This document shows positions 41,106-50,999 of a stretch of DNA of 64,000 nt, in pieces. This DNA is from Candidatus Eiseniibacteriota bacterium (GTDB lineage Bacteria > Eisenbacteria > RBG-16-71-46 > SZUA-252). A program made the position numbers and the translations under genes. Location of the stretch: positions 2,464,001 through 2,528,000 of the forward strand of contig OY969801.1 of NCBI GenBank assembly GCA_963703225.1, given 5' to 3'. Positions within the stretch are counted from its first letter, which is position 1. The number at the start of each line of letters is the position of its first letter. The notes beneath the pieces are model-generated. The model saw only the letters and a list, made by a program, of their open reading frames with translations. It was not told the DNA's origin and did no database searches.

Positions 41106-42307
41106 GAGCGTCACATGGATGTCGAGCGATGATTCCGTTCTGGGCACTTGTGATCGCGACGGTCGCGCTCACGGGCAGCCCTCGTCCGGCCCTGGCGACG
41201 GACTTCAGCTTCCGAGGAATCCTGGATCTGGTACAGACCGACAAGGGCGATGGAACCGAGCTGAATTACCTCTGGGGAGACAGCCAATTCGACTCCTACC
41301 GCCTGCGGATGTTCGCGGCGGCGGCGGTCTCGGACCATCTCGACATCTTCACGGAGGCGCTCTGGAACGAGGACGTCGGCGTGGTGCCGTTCGGCGCCTA
41401 CGCCACGTTTCATCCCTCTCCCGTCAAGGACGTCAACGTCGAGGCTGGGTTGATCCCGTGGCCGATCGGGGACTGGGCGCCGCGCTCCACCTCGGACAAG
41501 AACCCGCTGATCGGCTTTCCGCTCATGTACCAGTACCACACCAGCCTCCGGCAGGACATCATCCCTCCGACCGCGGACGATCTTCTCTCCCAGGCGGGAG
41601 AGGGAGAGGAGGGTGTGAACTACGGCGCCGGGAACGATTATTCCGGAATGCCGATCGTCTACGACCAGTGGTGGGATTTTGGCGCGGTGCTTCTCGGGAG
41701 CGCGCGGCCGTTCGAGTATTCCATCGGCTTCGTGAACGGCTCGCCGGGGTTCCCGAGTCCGGGTGAGGATCACACCCCGGGGAAGTCGCTCCTTGGCCGC
41801 GTGGGGCTCGCGCCGATGCCGGGACTCCGGTTTGGGGTCTCCGGCTCCTACGGACCCTACCTCAACGAGGAGAGCGTCAAGAGCTCCCTGCCGACCGGCA
41901 CCGACGCGGGCGATTTCAACCAGATCCTCGGGATGGCGGATTTCGAGTACTCGATCGGTCACGCGGACTTCCACGCCGAGGGATTCATGAACACCTGGGA
42001 GACACCGACGGTCGGTGACCTGAAAGTTCATGGCGGATACGCGGAGCTCAAGTATGCCCTGCCGGCCGGCTTTTTCGTCGCGGGGCGATACAACATCATG
42101 CGCTTCAGCGACGTGAAAGATTCGACGGGAGCGTCGCTCTCCTGGGACTCGGACGTCGATCGTCTCGAGGTCGGTGGCGGGTACCGGCTCAGCAAGGGCG
42201 TGACCGCCAAGGCGGTCTATCAGCTCAATACGCTCACGCCGCCCGATCCCGCGGCGGAGTCCGAAGACCTCGACGTCGTCGCGGGGCAGCTCTCGATCGC
42301 CTTCTAG
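41102..42307 (+). CDS. Outer-membrane porin-like beta-barrel protein
   Basis: GTGA overlap; signal peptide; amphipathic strands; terminal Phe (QLSIAF). Confidence 0.7.
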   Translation: MRASHGCRAMIPFWALVIATVALTGSPRPALATDFSFRGILDLVQTDKGDGTELNYLWGDSQFDSYRLRMFAAAAVSDHLDIFTEALWNEDVGVVPFGAYATFHPSPVKDVNVEAGLIPWPIGDWAPRSTSDKNPLIGFPLMYQYHTSLRQDIIPPTADDLLSQAGEGEEGVNYGAGNDYSGMPIVYDQWWDFGAVLLGSARPFEYSIGFVNGSPGFPSPGEDHTPGKSLLGRVGLAPMPGLRFGVSGSYGPYLNEESVKSSLPTGTDAGDFNQILGMADFEYSIGHADFHAEGFMNTWETPTVGDLKVHGGYAELKYALPAGFFVAGRYNIMRFSDVKDSTGASLSWDSDVDRLEVGGGYRLSKGVTAKAVYQLNTLTPPDPAAESEDLDVVAGQLSIAF

Positions 42308-42334
42308 GCGCCGCCGGGCCCGCCGGGCCCGCCG

Positions 42335-43691
42335 TTACCTGCCGATCGACTTCTTCACGCTCTTCTTGAGCTTCTCGAGCCCCGTGGCGATATCTCCTTG
42401 CTTGACGACCAGCGGCGGGCGGAATCGGATGGAGTTGGGCCCGCAGCCGATGATCATCATCCCGTCCTCGTAGGCGTTCTGGATCACCGCGTCGCGGAGC
42501 GCGCCGTCGCGGAGATCGAAGGCGCACATGAGGCCCTTCCCGCGCGCGTTCGAGACGTGCTCGGGAACTCCTTCGCCAGCGCCTCGAGCCCGGACAATAG
42601 CTCGGCGCCGCGCGCGGTCGCGTTCTCGACGAGCCGCTCCTCGGCCATGATCTCGAGGTACCGCTGGCACCGCACCATGTCGACCAGCGTGCCGCCCCAC
42701 GTGGAGTTGAGCCGGCTCGAGACGTGGAACACGTTGTCCTGGACCTCGTCGACCCGCGGCCCGCAGATGAAGCCGCAGACCTGCGACTTCTTCCCGAAGG
42801 CGACCATGTCGGCCTTCACGCCGTAGTGCTCGTGCGCCCAGAACTTCCCGGTCAGCCCGAATCCGGCCTGGACTTCGTCGTAGATGAGCATCGCCTCGTA
42901 CTCGTCGGCGATCCGCCGCAGCTCCTGGTGGTACTCGGGGCGGAAGTGGTTGTCGCCGCCCTCTCCCTGGATCGGCTCGAGGAGGATGGCCGCGATGTCG
43001 TCCGGATGGTCGGCGAACGCGCGCTTGATCTGGGCGATGGAGAGCGCCTCACGCGCCTTCACGTCCTTGAGCCGCTCGTCGTTGAGCGGATACTCGACCT
43101 TCGGATTGAGAACGCGCGGCCAGTCGAACTTCGGGAAGTAGGCCGTCTTCCGCGGATCGGCGGTATTGGTGAGCGAGAGCGTGTACCCCGAGCGGCCGTG
43201 GAACGCCTGCTCCAGGTGGAGCACCTTCGTGCCCCGCTCCTCGCGGTAGCCGCGCGCGAAGTTCTTCCGGATCTTCCAGTCGAACGCGGTCTTGAGCGCG
43301 TTCTCGACGCCCAGCGTGCCGCCCGCGACGAAGAAGACGTGCGGTAGATGCGGGCCGCATCGCGTGCTGCGCGAACGTCTCGACGAACTCGGCCATCTCG
43401 ACCGTGTAGACGTCGCTGTTCGACGGGTTGTGGAGCGCCGCGCGCTGGAGCCGGGCCAGGAATTCCGGCGTCTTCATGCCGGGGTGGTTCATCCCGACCG
43501 GATTGGTCGCGAAGAACGAGAAGAAGTCGAGGAGCTTCCGGTTGTGCCGGGAGTCGTAGATGGTAGACGCCCTCGCTCTTCTCCAGATCGAGAACGAAAT
43601 CAAATCCATCGGCCAGCATGTGCTTGGCGAGTACTTCGTGGACCTTGTCGGGCGTGACCTTAACCGACGAGGTGGTTGCGGTCGGATTCAT
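42335..43691 (-). CDS. lat: L-lysine 6-aminotransferase (frameshifts near 43565, 43350 and 42565)
   Basis: HMLADGF, PSNSDVY, VENALKTAFDWK, AFHGRSGY, EPIQGEGGD, DEVQ, FGKK, STWGG. Confidence 0.9.
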
Positions 43692-43728
43692 GGGCGCTGC
43701 TCCTTTCGAGTGCCTGGGGTCCTGGGTC

Positions 43729-44211
43729 TCATGTCGAAACCGATGCGGAATCGATCTTGATCCGGTGCTGCTCCTTGGCCGTCGCGAGGACGATCAGCGT
43801 CCGCGTCTGGCGCACGCCGCGCACCGTGTTGAGCTTCTCGATCAACAGCTTGCGAAACGCGGCCATGTCGGCCACCCGCACCTTGAGGAGAAGCGAAAAC
43901 TCCCCGGTGATGTGGTGGCACTCGAGCACCTCGTCGAGCGTGCTCACCGCCTCGATGAAGCCGGCTTCGAACCGCGGCTGCTCGATGAAGACCTCGACGA
44001 ATGCCGTGACGTCCTGCCCGAGCTTCTTCTCGTCGAGGAGGGCGACGTAGCCGCGGATGTACCCCGCGCGCTCCAGCTTTCGGATCCGCTCGTTGATCGA
44101 GGGCGCCGTGAGCCCGACCGCCTTCGCGACCTTCGCCTGCGGGATCTTCGCGTCGTCCTGCAGAATCGCGAGGATCTTCCGATCGATCGGGTCGAGCGCT
44201 CCGTTTGCCAC
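43729..44211 (-). CDS. Lrp/AsnC family transcriptional regulator
   Basis: LDPIDRKIL..VGLTAPSINERIRKLE..GYI; ECHHITGE. Start uncertain. Confidence 0.92.
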   Translation of the reverse strand: MANGALDPIDRKILAILQDDAKIPQAKVAKAVGLTAPSINERIRKLERAGYIRGYVALLDEKKLGQDVTAFVEVFIEQPRFEAGFIEAVSTLDEVLECHHITGEFSLLLKVRVADMAAFRKLLIEKLNTVRGVRQTRTLIVLATAKEQHRIKIDSASVST

Positions 44212-44391
44212 TCTGAATTCGGCTGATAGCTTCCATACACTAATATTATTCGGCAATTTAGACAAAACGTCAACTATTATTCTGAGATTCCCGCTGTGAC
44301 CCTGACCCTCCACCCTTGTAGGCGGCCACGACTGGGAGTAGGCTCGCGGGTGGCCGTCTGGATTCCAGCTCACGGAGGATAACCAACTCCC

Positions 44392-45875
44392 ATGAAACGC
44401 GCACAAACTGTTAAACAATTGAGAGATAGCGGCTACGCACCCCGAACCGTGAAGCAGGAGATGCGGGCCAATATGATCCGTGCCATCGAGGGAGACGAGC
44501 CCCGCTTCCCCGGGATCGTCGGCTACGACAAGACCGCGCTGCCCCAGATCGAGAACGCGATCCTGAGCGGCCACGACTTCATCCTTCTGGGCCTGCGCGG
44601 CCAGGCCAAGACCAGAATCCTGCGCTCGCTCTATCGCTTTCTCGACGAGTGGATCCCCGCGATCGACGGTTGCGAGATCCACGACGATCCGCTTCGGCCC
44701 GATCTGCCCGGCCTGCCTGCGGCTCATCGCCGAGCGGGGCGACGAGGTGCCGGTCACCTGGCTCCCGCGCGAGGAGCGCTACCGCGAGAAGCTCGCGACG
44801 CCCGACGTCACGATCGCCGACCTGATCGGCGACATCGACCCGATCAAGGCCGCCAACAAGAAGCTCTCCTACAGCGACCCCGAGGTCATGCACTACGGGA
44901 TCATTCCGCGGACCAACCGCGGCATCTTCGCGATCAACGAGCTCCCCGACCTCCAGCCGCGAATCCAGGTGGGGCTCTTGAACATCCTCGAGGAGAAGGA
45001 CATCCAGATCCGCGGATTTCCCGATCCGGCTCCCGCTCGATCTCCAGATCGTCTTCTCGGCCAACCCGGAGGACTACACGAACCGCGGGAACATCATCAC
45101 GCCGCTCCGCGACCGGATCGCGTCGCAGATCATGACCCACTACCCCTACACGGTCGAAGACGCGATGAAGATCACCGAGCAGGAGGCGTGGGTGAAGCGC
45201 GCCGACGGCATCGAGGTGATCGTTCCTCCCTACATCCGCGAGCTGGTGGAGCAGGTCGCCATCCAGGCGCGAAAGTCCTCGTACGTCGACCAGTCCAGCG
45301 GCGTGAGCGTGCGTTTGACGATCGCGCTGATGGAGAACCTGGTCTCCAACGCGGAGCGCCGGGCGATCCGCACCGGCGAGCGGCGCCTGGCGGTCCGGAT
45401 CTGCGACCTGCAGAACGGGATCGCGGCGATCACCGGGAAGGTGGAGCTGGTCTACGAGGGAGAGCAGGAGGGCGCCGTCGCGGTCGCGAAGCACCTCGTC
45501 GGGAAGGCGGTGAAGGAAATCTTCGCCAAGTACTTCCCCGACGCCTACAAGGCGAAGGAGAAGAACGAGGGCGCGCCCTCCGAGTACGACCCCATCTTCC
45601 GGTGGTTCGCGCAGGGAAAGAGGGTCGAGATCTCGGACGACCTATCGGCCCGCGAGTTTCAGTCCCGGCTGTCCCAGGTGACCGGCCTCGAGGAGCTTCC
45701 CAAGCGCTACCTGCCGGTTCGGGACCCGGTCGAGCTCCCGACGGCGATGGAGTTCGTCCTGGAAGCGCTCCATCAGAACTCGATCCTCGCCAAGGAGCGG
45801 ACCGACACGGCCGCGCTCGCCTACACCGACATGTTCTCGACGATGCTCGGGAAGCCCGAAGAAGCCGAGGATTGA
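44392..45875 (+). CDS. AAA+ ATPase (magnesium-chelatase-like; frameshifts near 44700 and 45020)
   Basis: GLRGQAKT, EKLATPD, INELPDL, ANPEDYTNRG. Confidence 0.85.
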
Positions 45876-45912
45876 GCGCGGATTCTGCGAGCGGCCGCGC
45901 GGAGGTCTGAGA

Positions 45913-47016
45913 TTGGACTTTCGGTACTCACGCTGGGACGAGAGGTTCACGCAGAACCTCCATTTCCTCAAGAACCTGCTCTCCCTCTATCACCGCCTGC
46001 TGCTCATGACCGACGGCAAGGTCGACCAGGCGCTCCGCGCGCTCGAGGAGCTGGGCGAGCGGTTCGGATTCTTCAATCCAAAGTTCACGATCGAGGACTT
46101 CAAGAAGCACCTGCGCGATCGGGACGCGATCCAGGAGGTGAACGGGAAGACCGTGCTCACCAAGGGCGGCGAGCGGATGATCCGGAAGGACTCGCTCGAC
46201 CGGATCTTCGGGAATCTCGCGAAGGACTCCGCGGGTGAGCACCGGGTGCCCCGGACCGGAGCCGGGGGCGAGCGGATCACGGAGACCCGGCCCTACGCGT
46301 TCGGCGACCCCGTGACCGACATCGACTTTCTCACGAGCGTGCGAAACTCCATGCGGCGTCAGCGCGGGGCGTGGAGCGAGGACGGGCCGAATCTCACCGA
46401 GGACGACCTCGAGGTGTTCGAGTCCGAGCATCTCTCCTCGTGCGCGACGGTGCTCATGATCGACGTCAGCCACTCGATGGTGCTCTACGGCGAGGATCGG
46501 ATCACCCCCGCCAAGCAGGCGGCGTTGGCGCTCTCCGAGCTGATCCTCACGCGATACCCCAAGGACTCGCTTTCGGTGGTGCTGTTCGGGGACGACGCGT
46601 GGGAGGTGAAGATCCGGGACATCCCCTACGTCTCGGTCGGTCCCTACCACACCAACACCAAGGCGGGCTTGCAGCTGGCTCAGAAGCTCCTGGCGCGGCA
46701 GAAGCACGTCAACAAGCAGATCTTCATGATCACCGACGGAAAGCCGTCCGCGATCTTCGAGAACGGCCGGTTCTACAAGAACGCGTTCGGCCTCGACCCG
46801 CGCATCGTGAACAAGACAATGGACGAGGCGGTCGCGTGCCGCCGGAAGCGGATTCCCATCACGACGTTCATGGTCACGCAGGATCCCTACCTCGTCCGCT
46901 TTGTCGAGCGCTTCACGCAGCTCAACAAGGGACGCGCCTACTTTTCCGACCTCGAAGACCTGGGCTCCTACCTCTTCGTCGACTTCGCGCAGAACAGAAA
47001 ACGCAGGGTGCAGTAG
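45913..47016 (+). CDS. VWA-domain protein, partner of the AAA+ ATPase
   Basis: MIDAS DVSHSM, HTNT, ITDGKPS. Confidence 0.9.
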   Translation: MDFRYSRWDERFTQNLHFLKNLLSLYHRLLLMTDGKVDQALRALEELGERFGFFNPKFTIEDFKKHLRDRDAIQEVNGKTVLTKGGERMIRKDSLDRIFGNLAKDSAGEHRVPRTGAGGERITETRPYAFGDPVTDIDFLTSVRNSMRRQRGAWSEDGPNLTEDDLEVFESEHLSSCATVLMIDVSHSMVLYGEDRITPAKQAALALSELILTRYPKDSLSVVLFGDDAWEVKIRDIPYVSVGPYHTNTKAGLQLAQKLLARQKHVNKQIFMITDGKPSAIFENGRFYKNAFGLDPRIVNKTMDEAVACRRKRIPITTFMVTQDPYLVRFVERFTQLNKGRAYFSDLEDLGSYLFVDFAQNRKRRVQ

Positions 47017-47038
47017 GAGGGTCCGCAGTGGGGAGGGT

Positions 47039-47800
47039 CTAAGGCCGCCCCGTGGAATCGGCGGGCGCCTCCTGTGGCATAGCTTTCGGCAGGGGCGCTT
47101 GATCCGGTGGTGTCACGGGGGCCGGCGGTGGCTGGGGCTCGGCCCCGTGCCTCCATTGATAGGAGAGCCTGATCCCGAAGGCGCTTTCGGAAACGCCCTC
47201 CGAGCCCCCGAGTCGACCCGTGCCACCCAGCACGAGCCCGCCGGTGAGCCGGTAATCAACCCTGGTCACAAAGCCCCAGTTGTCGTACGGGAGATACCCC
47301 GTGCCCGCCCACACATGCAGCTTGCGCCCCCCGCCTCCGAATCCGGCCGAGAAGTATCCAGCCGTCGCGAGCGGGAGATCTTCAAAGAAGCCGACGGAGA
47401 AGTACCGCTTCGATCTTCCAATTCGCATGTGGCCGCTCACGCGGCCGTTGAAGGTCTCGCCGCCCTGGTCCGGGAATGTTGTATCTCCATGTACCCAGCC
47501 GCCGCCGATCGAAAACCCGGACCAGTCCATCGAAAGGAAGGGATTGACGTATTCGGTCGCCTCGCCGCCTTCGAGGTTGAGGACTCCTCCTCGGACACCG
47601 ATGCGAACGACCGATGGAAACTTGTGGCTGACCTCGTAGGCCGCGTTGTCGTAATGGATCCGGTATTTCGAAAGGACCTGGCCCTCGCAGCCCCGCGTGA
47701 TGACGGCATAGGAGCCTGACCCGCCGGCGATAACGATCTCCGTCGCGTGCTGCTTGGGCGCGCTGACCGCGAGGGGCGCGGCGAGCACGACGACGCTGAG
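47039..47800 (-). CDS. Hypothetical outer-membrane beta-strand protein (start unclear)
   Basis: Gly/aromatic amphipathic strands and a Pro-rich tail; no clean start codon found. Confidence 0.5.
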   Translation of the reverse strand, partial: LSVVVLAAPLAVSAPKQHATEIVIAGGSGSYAVITRGCEGQVLSKYRIHYDNAAYEVSHKFPSVVRIGVRGGVLNLEGGEATEYVNPFLSMDWSGFSIGGGWVHGDTTFPDQGGETFNGRVSGHMRIGRSKRYFSVGFFEDLPLATAGYFSAGFGGGGRKLHVWAGTGYLPYDNWGFVTRVDYRLTGGLVLGGTGRLGGSEGVSESAFGIRLSYQWRHGAEPQPPPAPVTPPDQAPLPKAMPQEAPADSTGRP

Positions 47801-47966
47801 ATACGAAATCTCTCGACGCGTATGGCTCTCCCGGGGTGAAGCGGCCCGTGCGCGAGTTGGAAGCGAGAGCAGTGTGCGCCCTCGACTCGCGCTCGTCCAG
47901 CGCGCCTTGACGCTCCCGGCGGGCCGTGGTCTACTCCGTGAACCCAACCCCTTGCAGGGAGAATTG

Positions 47967-48866
47967 ATGCCCCAGTCCCTCTCCCCCACCGATCAGGCCG
48001 ACGTGGCACGGGCCGCCGTCCCGCTCCCCGATGCGTACCGGGCATGCGAAGCGATCGTGCGGCGGCATTACGAGAACTTCCCCGTGGTCTCGCGCTTCCT
48101 GACCCCGGCTCGGCGCCACGCCCTCTCCGCGATCTACGCGTTCGCGCGAAGCGCGGACGACATGGCCGACGCGGCCGCTCCGACGCGCGAGCGCCTGGAA
48201 GCGCTGGACCAGCTCGAATCCGCCCTCTACCGCGCTTTGGATGGATCCCCGGACGGACCGATCTTCACGGCGCTGGCCGACACGATCGAGCGGCACGGCC
48301 TGCCGGTGGAGCCCCTTCTCGACCTCCTCGCCGCGTTTCGCCGGGATGCCCGCGACGAAACGTTCGCGACCTGGGACGACCTGCTGTCGTATTGCCGCGG
48401 ATCGGCGAACACCATCGGGCGACTGGTGCTGGCGCTCCATGAGATCGACGACGCGAATGCGCTACGCGAGTCGGACGCGGTCTGCACCGCGCTCCAGCTC
48501 ACGAATTTCTGGCAGGACCTGGGGCCCGATCTGGCCCGAGGACGACTCTTCCTCCCGCTGGAGGATCTGCGCCGCTTTGCCCTCGCGCCCGAGGAATTGA
48601 CCCGGCCGCAGAGCCGGCCCCAGCTCACCCGCCTCCTGGTGCACGAATGTCGCGGCACGAACGACCTCTACGATCGCGGCCGCGCGGTGGCGTCGCGCGT
48701 CCCCTTCGGGCTATCCCTCCAGCTTCGTCTGACCATCGCGGGGGGGCGCGCCATCCTCCGCGAGGTGGAGCGCGGGGGCTGGCGCGTCCTCAAGCGCCGC
48801 CCCGCATTGGGGCGGGCCGCGCGCGCCCGGATCCTTCTCCCCGCGCTCCTCGGATTCGATGCCTAA
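47967..48866 (+). CDS. hpnC: Hydroxysqualene synthase HpnC
   Basis: HYENFPV, FARSADD.AD, YCRGSANTIGRL, LQLTNFWQD. Confidence 0.9.
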   Translation: MPQSLSPTDQADVARAAVPLPDAYRACEAIVRRHYENFPVVSRFLTPARRHALSAIYAFARSADDMADAAAPTRERLEALDQLESALYRALDGSPDGPIFTALADTIERHGLPVEPLLDLLAAFRRDARDETFATWDDLLSYCRGSANTIGRLVLALHEIDDANALRESDAVCTALQLTNFWQDLGPDLARGRLFLPLEDLRRFALAPEELTRPQSRPQLTRLLVHECRGTNDLYDRGRAVASRVPFGLSLQLRLTIAGGRAILREVERGGWRVLKRRPALGRAARARILLPALLGFDA

Positions 48867-49689
48867 CGCCCACGAGTCGGGCCGCCGCAGCAACTTTGGG
48901 GTCGCGTTCGCGGTCCTCCCGACGCCGCAGCGCCAGGCAATCCGCGCGGTCCACGCGTGGAGCCGCTCGGTGGACGACGGCGTCGATGAGGCGACCGATG
49001 CCTCGAAAGCGCGGGCCGCGATCGATCGATGGCGGCGGGAGATCGGCCTCCTCTACGAGGGCCGCCCCGAGGAGCCGGCCACGCGGGCGCTCTCCCCGCA
49101 CGTCGAGCGCTTCCGCATTCCCCGGGAGTACTTGGAGGAGCTGGTCCGGGGGATCGAGATGGACCTCACCCAAGCGCGCTACAGCACCTTTCGCGATCTC
49201 GCCGGATACTGCTACCGCGTTGCCTCGGTCGTGGGGCTCATCTGTCTTCGGATTTTCGGCGACCACGAAGAGCGGGGTCGTGGATACGCCGAGGACTTGG
49301 GCATGGCGCTCCAGCTCACCAATATCCTGCGCGACGTGGGCGTGGATCACGCGCGCGGCCGCATCTATCTCCCCGAGGACGAACGTCTCCAGTTCGGTTA
49401 CGACGAGGACGCCCTTGCACGGTCGGAGCGAAGCGAGGCGTTCCAGGATCTCATGCGCTACCAGGTGGCACGAGCCCGGGCGTTCTTCGCCTCGGCCGAG
49501 CGCGAGGCCGCGCGGTTGGACCGGAGGCGGCTCTTCGCCGCGGAGATCATGGGACGCGTCTACCAGCGCCTCCTCGATCGGATCGAGGCCTCCGGATTTG
49601 ACGTGTTCCAGAGGGAGATCAGGGTTCCCAAGCTCGAGCGCGTCTGGATCGTCGCGACGACCGCGCTGGGCGTCCACGCGTCGCGATGA
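48859..49689 (+). CDS. hpnD: Presqualene diphosphate synthase HpnD
   Basis: SNF, VDDGVD, YCYRVASVVG, LQLTNILRDV..D..RGRIYLP. Confidence 0.88.
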   Translation: MPNAHESGRRSNFGVAFAVLPTPQRQAIRAVHAWSRSVDDGVDEATDASKARAAIDRWRREIGLLYEGRPEEPATRALSPHVERFRIPREYLEELVRGIEMDLTQARYSTFRDLAGYCYRVASVVGLICLRIFGDHEERGRGYAEDLGMALQLTNILRDVGVDHARGRIYLPEDERLQFGYDEDALARSERSEAFQDLMRYQVARARAFFASAEREAARLDRRRLFAAEIMGRVYQRLLDRIEASGFDVFQREIRVPKLERVWIVATTALGVHASR

Positions 49690-50999
49690 CCCCCAGGCCA
49701 GACGTGGTTGTCGTGGGGGCGGGCTTTGCCGGCGTGGCCGCGGCGACGGCGCTCGCCGAGCGGGGCTTGCGGGTCATGGTGCTCGAGACGCGCCAGCGCC
49801 CAGGCGGGCGGGCCTATTCCTGGGTGGATCCCAAGACGGGAGAGACACGGGACAACGGCCAGCATGTCCTCGCCTCGTTCTACGACGAGACGTCGCGCCT
49901 CCTGAGCCGCCTCCAGACCACGGAGGCGCTGGAGGCCGATCCCACCCTGCGGATTCATCTCTGGGAGCGGGGACGGGGCGAGTTCGACCTCGCTTGCCCC
50001 GACCTTCCTCACCCGTTTCACTGGCTCGCCGCGGCGGGCTCCTGTTCGCGCCTTTCCGCGGTGGCCAGGGTCTCGGCGCTCACGCTGCACAGCCGGGCTA
50101 AGGATCTCATCGCGTCGAACGGGGACGGCGGACACTTGACCGTGGAGCAATGGCTTTCGGGCGGCCCGGGGAGCGACGATTTGGCCGCGGTGCTCTCGCC
50201 GATCGCCACCGCGGCCCTGAACGAGCATCCCGACGAGGCCTCCGCAACCCTGTTCGCCCGGGTGCTCGACCGGCTCTTGTCGGTCCCCGCGTCGAAGAGC
50301 GGGCTGGCGCTCCCTCGGCGCGCGCTGGGCGACCTCATCGCTGGATTCGAGGACTACGTGGAATCGCGGGGAGGCTCGGTTCGCTATCGCCAGACGGTCC
50401 TCGGTGTGCGTGTCGAGGGGGCGCGGGCGGCGGGCGTTTCGCTCCTGGGTGGGGAGCGGGTGGACGCGGAGAACACGATCCTCGCGATCCCGCACGAGCG
50501 GCTTGGGTGGATCCTGCGACCGGAGCATCTCGGGGCGCTGCGCGCGGTGACGTCGATTCCCTGGTCTCCGATCGTCTCGACGCTCCATGCGTACGACCGT
50601 CCCATCCTGCCGACGCGATTTGTGGCGATGCTGGGGACGAAGACGCAGTGGGCCTTTGATCGCGGGCCATCGGCCGCGGGGCGATTTTCGGTCGGCACGG
50701 TCCGAAGCGCCGCGTTCGACGACGCGGAACGCGATGTCGACGAGATCGCGAGCGAGACCGAGGCCGAGCTGGGCGAAGCCTTCGGCGGGGCCCGGTCGGC
50801 GAAACTCTTGGAGTCCCGCGTCTACAAGGAGCGGCGGGCCACGATGCGCTCGACCCCGGAGGCGCAGCCGCTTCGCCCAGGACCGAAGACGGGGATCGAT
50901 CGGCTCTTCCTCGCGGGCGACTGGACCGACACCAGGCTCCCGCCCACCATCGAGGGCGCGGTCCTGAGCGGGCACCGCGCCGCGGAGCTCATCGTATGA
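49686..50999 (+). CDS. hpnE: Hydroxysqualene dehydroxylase HpnE
   Basis: GAGFAG, GGRAYS, DNGQH, LAGDWT..LPPTIEGAV.SG; follows hpnCD. Confidence 0.88.
   Translation: MTPRPDVVVVGAGFAGVAAATALAERGLRVMVLETRQRPGGRAYSWVDPKTGETRDNGQHVLASFYDETSRLLSRLQTTEALEADPTLRIHLWERGRGEFDLACPDLPHPFHWLAAAGSCSRLSAVARVSALTLHSRAKDLIASNGDGGHLTVEQWLSGGPGSDDLAAVLSPIATAALNEHPDEASATLFARVLDRLLSVPASKSGLALPRRALGDLIAGFEDYVESRGGSVRYRQTVLGVRVEGARAAGVSLLGGERVDAENTILAIPHERLGWILRPEHLGALRAVTSIPWSPIVSTLHAYDRPILPTRFVAMLGTKTQWAFDRGPSAAGRFSVGTVRSAAFDDAERDVDEIASETEAELGEAFGGARSAKLLESRVYKERRATMRSTPEAQPLRPGPKTGIDRLFLAGDWTDTRLPPTIEGAVLSGHRAAELIV

Noticed and set aside
8990..45030. Frameshifts in acs, the TMTC-like gene, DUF6754 gene 3, kefC, Rieske, pyk, ACAD, MFS, lat and the AAA+ ATPase as programmed recoding or pseudogenes
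   Set aside because: They are scattered single-base indels in otherwise intact housekeeping genes, and those I inspected closely lie in short homopolymer runs. This best fits long-read consensus error; mapping accurate reads would confirm.
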